Shown: positions 1-9,900 of the stretch, piece by piece | How the letters are laid out: each line of letters begins with the position of its first letter | How positions within the stretch are numbered: the stretch's first letter is position 1 | Assembly (NCBI GenBank): GCA_002189035.1 | Contig: NEEC01000338.1 | Coordinates: 1-22,471 of the forward strand | Reading direction: 5' to 3' | From: Utricularia gibba | Lineage: Eukaryota; Plantae; Magnoliophyta | DNA: 22,471 bases | Notes under the pieces: generated by a model | Databases searched by the model: none | The model's input: the letters and a program-made list of their open reading frames with translations, nothing else | What the model was told of the DNA's origin: nothing | Made by a program: the position numbers and the translations under genes

Positions 1-2067
1 GGTATGATATGTGCAACATGACTCATCACCGTTCGCAAGATATCCACTCGATACCGAAGAGTGCACGAGGCCACCATGAGGTGGTGGCTAGGGACACACC
101 CTTAAATGATCATCTCGAAATCCAAAATTTCACATCGTCCAAATACATACGTCTTGCATGTCAAAAATCACATTCGCATCGAGTCAGGTGTCCGAGTCAC
201 ATTTCGCGAAATGTGGTGGCCACTTCGTTGCACATCTGAAGCTAATATAAGGCAATCTTTCGAGCATTTGTGCAGCCTCGGACGAACAAGTTCTCAACAC
301 GAAAGAAGACCGGCTCGGAACGAGCTTCGAACGGTATGATATGTGCAACATGACTCATCACGTTCGAAGATATCCACTCGATACCGAAGAGTGCACGAGG
401 CCACCATGAGGTGGTGGCTAGGGAACACCCTTAAATGATCATCTCGAAATCCAAAATTTCACATCGTCCCATGAAATACATACGTCTTGCATGTCAAAAA
501 TCACATTCGCATCGAGTCAGGTGTCCCGAGTCACATTTTCGCGAATGTGGTGGCCACTTCGTTGCACATCTGAAGGCTAATATAAGGCAATCTTTCGAGC
601 ATTTGTGCAGCTCGGACGAACAAGTTCTCAACACGAAAGAAGACGGGCTCGGAACGAGCTTCGAAACGGTATGATATGTGCAACATGACTCATCACCGTT
701 CGCAAGATATCCACTCGATACCGAAGAGTGCACGAGGCCACCATGAGGTTGTGGCTAGGGACACACCCTTAAAATGATCATCTCGAAATCCAAATTTCAC
801 ATCGTCCCATGAAATACATACGTCTTGCATGTCAAAAATCACATTCGCATCGAGTCAGGTGTCCGAGTCACATTTTCGCGAATGTGGTGGCCACTTCGTT
901 GCACATCTGAAGGCTAATATAAGGCAATCTTTCGAGCATTTGTGCAGCCTCGGACGAACAAGTTCTCAAACGAAAGAAGACCGGCTCGGAACGAGCTTCG
1001 AAACGGTATGATATGTGCAACATGATCATCACCGTTCGAAGATATCCACTCGATACAAGAGTGCACGAGGCCACCATGAGGTCACCTTAAATGATCATCT
1101 CGAAATCCAAAAATTTCACATCGTCCATGAAATACATACGTCTTGCATGTCAAAAATCACATTCGCATCGAGTCAGGTGTCCCGAGTCACATTTCGCGAA
1201 TGTGGTGGCCACTTCGTTGCACATCTGAAGGCTAATATAAGGCAATCTTTCGAGCATTTGTGCAGCCTCGGACGAACAAGTTCTCAACACGAAAGAAGAC
1301 GGCTCGGAACGAGCTTCGAAACGGTATGATATGTGCAACATGACTCATCACGTTCGCAAGATATCCACTCGATACCGAAGAGTGCACGAGGCCACCATGA
1401 GGTGGTGGCTAGGGACACACCTTAAATGATCATCTCGAAATCCAAAATTTCACATCGTCCCATGAAATACATACGTCTTGCATGTCAAAAATCACATTCG
1501 CATCGAGTCAGGTGTCCCGAGTCACATTTTCGCGAATGTGGTGGCCACTTCGTTGCACATCTGAAGGCTAATATAAGGCAATCTTTCGAGCATTTGTGCT
1601 CCTCGGACGAACAAGTTCTCAACACGAAAAAAGACCGGCTCGGAACGAGCTTCGAAACGGTATGATATGTGCAACATGACTCATCACCATTTGCAAGATA
1701 TCCACTCGATACCGAAGAGTGCACGAGGCCACCATGAGGTTGTGGCTAGGACACACCATCTTAAATGATCATCTCGAAATCCAAAATTTCACATCGTCCC
1801 ATGAAATACATACGTCTTGCATGTCAAAAATCACATTCGCATCGAGTCAGGTGTCCCGAGTCACATTTTTCGCGAATGTGGTGGCCACTTCGTTGCACAT
1901 CTGAAGGCTAATATAAGGCAATCTTTCGAGCATTTGTGCAGCTCGGACGAACAAGTTCTCAACACGAAAGAAGACCGGCTCGGAACGAGCTTCGAAACGG
2001 TATGATATGTGCAACATGACTCATCACCGTTCGCAAGATATCCACTCGATACCGAAGAGTGCACGAG

Positions 2068-2086
2068 GCCACCATGAGGTGGTGGC
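2068..2086. other. Per-monomer hairpin GCCACCA-TGAGG-TGGTGGC (7-bp perfect stem, 5-nt loop); representative copy
   Basis: GCCACCA (2068-2074) is the exact reverse complement of TGGTGGC (2080-2086). Folding is predicted only. Confidence 0.7.
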
Positions 2087-2168
2087 TAGGGACACACCCT
2101 TAAATGATCATCTCGAAATCCAAAATTTCACATCGTCCCATGAAATACATACGTCTTGCATGTCAAAA

Positions 2169-2220
2169 ATCACATTCGCATCGAGTCAGGTGTCCCGAGT
2201 CACATTTTCGCGAATGTGGT
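2169..2220. other. Per-monomer inverted repeat ATCACATTCGC / GCGAATGTGGT (11 bp including one G-T); representative copy
   Basis: 2169-2179 pairs with 2210-2220. A competing local hairpin is CACATT (2201-2206) / AATGTG (2213-2218). Confidence 0.65.
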
Positions 2221-2315
2221 GGCCACTTCGTTGCACATCTGAAGGCTAATATAAGGCAATCTTTCGAGCATTTGTGCAGCCTCGGACGAACAAGTTCTCA
2301 ACACGAAAGAAGACC

Positions 2316-2330
2316 GGCTCGGAACGAGCT
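2316..2330. other. Per-monomer short hairpin (G)GCTCG-GAA-CGAGC(T); representative copy
   Basis: GCTCG (2317-2321) is the reverse complement of CGAGC (2325-2329), with a 3-nt GAA loop. Confidence 0.55.
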
Positions 2331-2676
2331 TCGAAACGGTATGATATGTGCAACATGACTCATCACCGTTCGCAAGATATCCACTCGATACCGAAGAGTG
2401 CACGAGGCCACCATGAGGTGGTGGCTAGGGACACACCCTTAAATGATCATCTCGAAATCCAAAATTTCACATCGTCCCATGAAATACATACGTCTTGCAT
2501 GTCAAAAATCACATTCGCATCGAGTCAGGTGTCCCGAGTCACATTTTCGCGAATGTGGTGGCCACTTCGTTGCACATCTGAAGGCTAATATAAGGCAATC
2601 TTTCGAGCATTTGTGCAGCCTCGGACGAACAAGTTCTCAACACGAAAGAAGACCGGCTCGGAACGAGCTTCGAAAC

Positions 2677-3070
2677 GGTATGATATGTGCAACATGACTC
2701 ATCACCGTTCGCAAGATATCCACTCGATACCGAAGAGTGCACGAGGCCACCATGAGGTTGTGGCTGGCATCTTAAATGATCATCTCGAAATCCGACACAT
2801 CCCATTAAATGATCATCTCGCAAATCCCGAGCAACGATTCTCACATCGTCCCAGCATGAAATAACACTCGAACGTCTTGCAACATGTCAAAAATCACCGA
2901 TTCACGCCATCGATGTCAGCATCGTGTCCCGAGTCACATTTCGCGAATGTGGTGGCCACTTCGTTGCACATCTGAAGGCTAATATAAGGCAATCTTTCGA
3001 GCATTTGTGCAGCCTCGGACGAACAAGTTCTCAACACGAAAGAAGACCGGCTCGGAACGAGCTTCGAAAC
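2677..3070 (+). other. Aberrant long monomer (~394 bp) with an internal duplication and scattered insertions
   Basis: TAAATGATCATCTCG occurs twice (2773-2787 and 2806-2820). The sequence is degraded from about 2761 to 2935, then returns to consensus. Confidence 0.85.
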
Positions 3071-3409
3071 GGTATGATATGTGCAACATGACTCATCACC
3101 GTTCGCAAGATATCCACTCGATACCGAAGAGTGCACGAGGCCACCATGAGGTGGTGGCTAGGGACACACCCTTAAATGATCATCTCGAAATCCAAAAATT
3201 TCACATCGTCCCATGAAATACATACGTCTTGCATGTCAAAAATCACATTCGCATCGAGTCAGGTGTCCCGAGTCACATTTCGCGAATGTGGTGGCCACTT
3301 CGTTGCACATCTGAAGGCTAATATAAGGCAATCTTTCGAGCATTTGTGCAGCCTCGGACGAACAAGTTCTCAACACGAAAGAAGACCGGCTCGGAACGAG
3401 CTTCGAAAC

Positions 3410-3910
3410 GGTATGATATGTGCAACATGACTCATCACCGTTCGCAAGATATCCACTCGATACCGAAGAGTGCACGAGGCCACCATGAGGTTGGCTGGCT
3501 AGGGACACACAAAAATCACATTCGCATCGAGTCTTCCCGAGTCACATTTCGCGAATGTGGTGGCCACTCTTGCGAAAATCAATCAAAATTCTCAACATCG
3601 TCGAAACGGTATGATATGTGCAACATGACTCATCATTCGCAAGATATCCACTCGATACCGAAGAGTGCACGAGGCCACCATGAGGTGTGGCTAGGGACAC
3701 ACCATGATCAAAATCCATTTCACATCGTCGAAATATTACATCAAAATCACATTCGCAGAGTCAGGTGTCCGAGTCACATTTCGCGAACGTGGTGGCCACT
3801 TCGTTGCACATCTGAAGGCTAATATAAGGCAATCTTTCGAGCATTTGTGCAGCCTCGGACGAACAAGTTCTCAACACGAAAGAAGACCGGCTCGGAACGA
3901 GCTTCGAAAC
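3410..3910 (+). other. Two aberrant short monomers (~198 bp at 3410-3607 and ~303 bp at 3608-3910)
   Basis: At about 3510, GGGACACAC joins directly to AAAAATCAC, skipping about 68 nt. Most of the 3' third is garbled at 3568-3600, and the next unit is compressed at 3700-3760. Confidence 0.85.
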
Positions 3911-6900
3911 GGTATGATATGTGCAACATGACTCATCACCGTTTGCAAGATATCCACTCGATACCGAAGAGTGCACGAGGCCACCATGAGGTGGTGGCTA
4001 GGGACACACCCTTAAATGATCATCTCGAAATCCAAAATTTCACATCGTCCCATGAAATACATACGTCTTGCATGTCAAAAATCACATTCGCATCGAGTCA
4101 GGTGTCCCGAGTCACATTTTCGCGAACATGGTGGCCACTTCGTTGCACATCTGAAGGCTAATATAAGGCAATCTTTCGAGCATTTGTGCAGCCTCGGACG
4201 AACAAGTTCTCAACACGAAAGAAGACCGGCTCGGAACGAGCTTCGAAACGGTATGATATGTGCAACATGACTCATCACCGTTCGCAAGATATCCACTCGA
4301 TACCGAAGAGTGCACGAGGCCACCATGAGGTGGTGGCTAGGGACACACCCTTAAATGATCATCTCGAAATCCAAAATTTCACATCGTCCCATGAAATACA
4401 TACGTCTTGCATGTCAAAAATCACATTCGCATCGAGTCAGGTGTCCCGAGTCACATTTTCGCGAATGTGGTGGCCACTTCGTTGCACATCTGAAGGCTAA
4501 TATAAGGCAATCTTTCGAGCATTTGTGCAGCCTCGGACGAACAAGTTCTCAACACGAAAGAAGACCGGCTCGGAACGAGCTTCGAAACGGTATGATATGT
4601 GCAACATGACTCATCACCGTTCGCAAGATATCCACTCGATACCGAAGAGTGCACGAGGCCACCATGAGGTTGTGGCTAGGGACACACCCTTAAATGATCA
4701 TCTCGAAATCCAAAATTTCACATCGTCCCATGAAATACATACGTCTTGCATGTCAAAAATCACATTCGCATCGAGTCAGGTGTCCCGAGTCACATTTTCG
4801 CGAATGTGGTGGCCACTTCGTTGCACATCTGAAGGCTAATATAAGGCAATCTTTCGAGCATTTGTGCAGCCTCGGACGAACAAGTTCTCAACACGAAAGA
4901 AGACCGGCTCGGAACGAGCTTCGAAACGGTATGATATGTGCAACATGACTCATCACCGTTCGCAAGATATCCACTCGATACCGAAGAGTGCACGAGGCCA
5001 CCATGAGGTGTGGCTAGGGACACACCCATTAAATGATCATCTCGAAATCCAAAATTTCACATCGTCCCATGAAATACATATGTCTTGCATGTCAAAAATC
5101 ACATTCGCATCGAGTCAGGTGTCCCGAGTCACATTTTCGCGAATGTGGTGGCCACTTCGTTGCACATCTGAAGGCTAATATAAGGCAATCTTTCGAGCAT
5201 TTGTGCAGCCTCGGACGAACAAGTTCTCAACACGAAAGAAGACGGCTCGGAACGAGCTTCGAAACGGTATGATATGTGCAACATGACTCATCACCGTTCG
5301 CAAGATATCCACTCGATACCGAAGAGTGCACGAGGCCACCATGAGGTGGTGGCTAGGGACACACCCTTAAATGATCATCTCGAAATCCAAAATTTCACAT
5401 CGTCCCATGAAATACATACGTCTTGCATGTCAAAAATCACATTCGCATCGAGTCAGGTGTCCCGAGTCACATTTCGCGAATGTGGTGGCCACTTCGTTGC
5501 ACATCTGAAGGCTAATATAAGGCAATCTTTCGAGCATTTGTGCAGCCTCGGACGAACAAGTTCTCAACACGAAAGAAGACGGCTCGGAACGAGCTTCGAA
5601 ACGGTATGATATGTGCAACATGACTCATCACCGTTGCAAGATATCCACTCGATACCGAAGAGTGCACGAGGCCACCATGAGGTGGTGGCTAGGGACACAC
5701 ACTTAAATGATCATCTCGAAATCCAAAATTTCACATCGTCCCATGAAATAATATGTCTTGCATGTCAAAAATCACATTCGCATCGAGTCAGGTGTCCCGA
5801 GTCATTTTCGCGAATGTGGTGGCCACTTCGTTGCACATCTGAAGGCTAATATAAGGCAATCTTTCGAGCATTTGTGCAGCCTCGGACGAACAAGTTCTCA
5901 ACACGAAAGAAGACCGGCTCGGAACGAGCTTCGAAACGGTATGATATGTGCAACATGACTCATCACCGTTCGCAAGATATCCACTCGATACCGAAGAGTG
6001 CACGAGGCCACCATGAGTGGTGGCTAGGGACACACCCTTAAATGATCATCTCGAAATCCAAAATTTCACATCGTCCATGAAATACATATGTTTGCATGTC
6101 AAAAATCACATTCGCATCGAGTCAGGTGTCCCGAGTCACATTTTCGCGAATGTGGTGGCCACTTCGTTGCACATCTGAAGGCTAATATAAGGCAATCTTT
6201 CGAGCATTTGTGCAGCCTCGGACGAACAAGTTCTCAACACGAAAGAAGACCGGCTCGGAACGAGCTTCGAAACGTATGATATGTGCAACATGACTCATCA
6301 CCGTTTGCAAGATATCCACTCGATACCGAAGAGTGCACGAGGCACCATGAGGTTTGGCTAGGGACACACCCTTAAATGATCATCTCGAAATCCAAAATTT
6401 CACATCGTCCCATGAAATACATACGTCTTGCATGTCAAAAATCACATTCGCATCGAGTCAGGTGTCCCGAGTCACATTTTCGCGAATGTGGTGGCCACTT
6501 CGTTGCACATCTGAAGGCTAATATAAGGCAATCTTTCGAGCATTTGTGCAGCGTCGGACGAACAAGTTCTCAACACGAAAGAAGACCGGCTCGGAACGAG
6601 CTTCGAAACGGTATGATATGTGCAACATGACTCATCACCGTTCGCAAGATATCCACTCGATACCGAAGAGTGCACGAGGCCACCATGAGGTGTGGCTAGG
6701 GACACCCTTAAATGATCATCTCGAAATCCAAAATTTCACATCGTCCCATGAAATACATACGTCTTGCATGTCAAAAATCACATTCGCATCGAGTCAGGTG
6801 TCCCGAGTCACATTTTCGCGAATGTGGTGGCCACTTCGTTGCACATCTGAAGGCTAATATAAGGCAATCTTTCGAGCATTTGTGCAGCCTCGGACGAACA

Positions 6901-9900
6901 AGTTCTCAACACGAAAGAAGACCGGCTCGGAACGAGCTTCGAAACGGTATGATATGTGCAACATGACTCATCACCGTTCGCAAGATATCCACTCGATACC
7001 GAAGAGTGCACGAGGCCACCATGAGGTGGTGGCTAGGGACACACCTTAAATGATCATCTCGAAATCCAAAATTTCACATCGTCCCATGAAATACATACGT
7101 CTTGCATGTCAAAAATCACATTCGCATCGAGTCAGGTGTCCCGAGTCACATTTCGCGAATGTGGTGGCCACTTCGTTGCACATCTGAAGGCTAATATAAG
7201 GCAATCTTTCGAGCATTTGTGCATCGGACGAACAAGTTCTCAACACGAAAGAAGACCGGCTCGGAACGAGCTTCGAAACGGTATGATATGTGCAACATGA
7301 CTCATCACCGTAAGATATCCACTCGATACCGAAGAGTGCACGAGGCCACCATGAGGTGGTGGCTAGGGACACACCCTTAAATGATCATCTCGAAATCCAA
7401 AATTTCACATCGTCCCATGAAATACAGTCTTGCATGTCAAAAATCACATTCGCATCGAGTCAGGTGTCCCGAGTCACATTTTCGCGAATGTGGTGGCCAC
7501 TTCGTTGCACATCTGAAGCTAATATAAGGCAATCTTTCGAGCATTTGTGCAGCCTCGGACGAACAAGTTCTCAACACGAAAGAAGACGGCTCGGAACGAG
7601 CTTCGAAACGGTATGATATGTGCAACATGACTCATCACCGTTCGCAAGATATCCACTCGATACCGAAGAGTGCACGAGGCCACCATGAGGTGGTGGCTAG
7701 GGACACACCCTTAAATGATCATCTCGAAATCCAAAATTTCACATCGTCCATGAAATACATACGTCTTGCATGTCAAAAATCACATTCGCATCGAGTCAGG
7801 TGTCCCGAGTCACATTTTCGCGAATGTGGTGGCCACTTCGTTGCACATCTGAAGGCTAATATAAGGCAATCTTTCGAGCATTTGTGCAGCCTCGGACGAA
7901 CAAGTTCTCAACACGAAAGAAGACCGCTCGGAACGAGCTTCGAAACGGTATGATATGTGCAACATGACTCATCACCGTTCGCAAGATATCCACTCGATAC
8001 CGAAGAGTGCACGAGGCCACCATGAGGTGGTGGCTAGGGACACACCCTTAAATGATCATCTCGAAATCCAAATTTCACATCGTCCATGAAATACATACGT
8101 CTTGCATGTCAAAAATCACATTCGCATCGAGTCAGGTGTCCGAGTCACATTTTCGCGAATGTGGTGGCCACTTCGTTGCACATCTGAAGGCTAATATAAG
8201 GCAATCTTTCGAGCATTTGTGCAGCTCGGACGAACAAGTTCTCAACACGAAAGAAGACCGGCTCGGAACGAGCTTCGAAACGGTATGATATGTGCAACAT
8301 GACTCATCACCGTTTGCAAGATATCCACTCGATACGAAGAGTGCACGAGGCCACCATGAGGTTGTGGCTAGGGACACACCCATCTTAAATGATCATCTCG
8401 AAATCAAATTTCACATCGTCCCATGAAAAATTCTTGCATGTCAAAAATCACATTCGCATCGAGTCAGGTGTCCCGAGTCACATTTTCGCGAATGTGGTGG
8501 CCACTTCGTTGCACATCTGAAGGCTAATATAAGGCAATCTTTCGAGCATTTGTGCAGCTCGGACGAACAAGTTCTCAACACGAAAGAAGACCGGCTCGGA
8601 ACGAGCTTCGAAACGGTATGATATGTGCAACATGACTCATCACCGTTTGCAAGATATCCACTCGATACCGAAGAGTGCACGAGGCCACCATGAGGTGTGG
8701 CTAGGGACACACCCTCTAAATGATCATCTCGAAATCCAAAATTTCACATCGTCCCATGAAATACATACGTCTTGCATGTCAAAAATCACATTCGCATCGA
8801 GTCAGGTGTCCCGAGTCACATTTTCGCGAATGTGGTGGCCACTTCGTTGCACATCTGAAGGCTAATATAAGGCAATCTTTCGAGCATTTGTGCAGCCTCG
8901 GACGAACAAGTTCTCAACACGAAAGAAGACCGGCTCGGAACGAGCTTCGAAACGGTATGATATGTGCAACATGACTCATCACCGAAGATATCCACTCGAT
9001 ACCGAAGAGTGCACGAGGCCACCATGAGGTGGTGGCTAGGGACACCCCTTAAATGATCATCTCGAAATCCAAAATTTCACATCGTCCATGAAATACATAC
9101 GTCTTGCATGTCAAAAATCACATTCGCATCGAGTCAGGTGTCCCGAGTCACATTTCGCGAATGTGGTGGCCACTTCGTTGCACATCTGAAGGCTAATATA
9201 AGGCAATCTTTCGAGCATTTGTGCAGCCTCGGACGAACAAGTTCTCAACACGAAAGAAGACCGCTCGGAACGAGCTTCGAAACGGTATGATATGTGCAAC
9301 ATGACTCATCACCGTTCGCAAGATATCCACTCGATACCGAAGAGTGCACGAGGCCACCATGAGTGTGGCTAGGGACACACCCTTAAATGATCATCTCGAA
9401 ATCCAAAATTTCACATCGTCCCATGAAATACATATTTGCATGTCAAAAATCACATTCGCATCGAGTCAGGTGTCCCGGTTTTCGCGAATGTGGTGGCCAC
9501 TTCGTTGCACATCTGAAGGCTAATATAAGGCAATCTTTCGAGCATTTGTGCAGCCTCGGACGAACAAGTTCTCAACACGAAAGAAGACCGGCTCGGAACG
9601 AGCTTCGAAACGGTATGATATGTGCAACATGACTCATCACCGTTCGCAAGATATCCACTCGATACCGAAGAGTGCGAGGCCACCATGAGGTGTGGCTAGG
9701 GACACACCCATTAAATGATCATCTCGAAATCCAAATTTCACATCGTCCCATGAAATACATACGTCTTGCATGTCAAAAATCACATTCGCATCGAGTCAGG
9801 TGTCCCGAGTCACATTTTCGCGAATGTGGTGGCCACTTCGTTGCACATCTGAAGGCTAATATAAGGCAATCTTTCGAGCATTTGTGCCTCGGACGAACAA

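Larger units (their letters stand above)
1999..2337 (+). repeat. Reference consensus monomer (339 bp)
   Basis: Copies 1999-2337, 2338-2676 and 4250-4588 are each 339 bp and read as the majority consensus by eye. Confidence 0.95.

Noticed and set aside
2135-2166. Sigma-70 promoter (perfect TTGACA on the minus strand at 2166-2161; TATAAG on the plus strand at 2250-2255)
   Set aside because: Neither hexamer has a partner box at 16-18 bp spacing.
2226-2242. CENP-B-box-like CTTCGTTGCACATCTGA
   Set aside because: It matches only 6 of the 9 essential bases; the CGGG half is absent.
1999-2337. Synthetic polylinker or sequencing adapter/splint (EcoRV, ApaLI, BclI, NruI, MscI and BstBI sites; ACTTCGTT resembles part of an ONT adapter)
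   Set aside because: About five to six 6-bp palindromes are expected by chance in 339 bp, and the adapter match is only 8 nt. No vector element was recognised.
2328-2338. tRNA T-loop / Pol III B-box-like GCTTCGAAAC
   Set aside because: It is an imperfect match with no T-stem, A-box or cloverleaf.
2299-2347. 5S rDNA repeat (minus-strand ATCATACC and TCGTGTTG resemble plant 5S ends)
   Set aside because: The matches are only 8 nt each and lie about 35 nt apart instead of about 105. No internal 5S sequence is present.
2239-2370. Hammerhead ribozyme: hairpin 2316-2330, then CGAAAC, then the AACGGT/ACCGTT stem
   Set aside because: The CUGANGA core is missing 5' of the stem II candidate (the sequence there is GAAAGAAGACC). 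CTGAAGG at 2239 is imperfect and misplaced. The minus-strand GTGATGAG lacks the conserved C and a downstream GAAA. A covariance search would be decisive.
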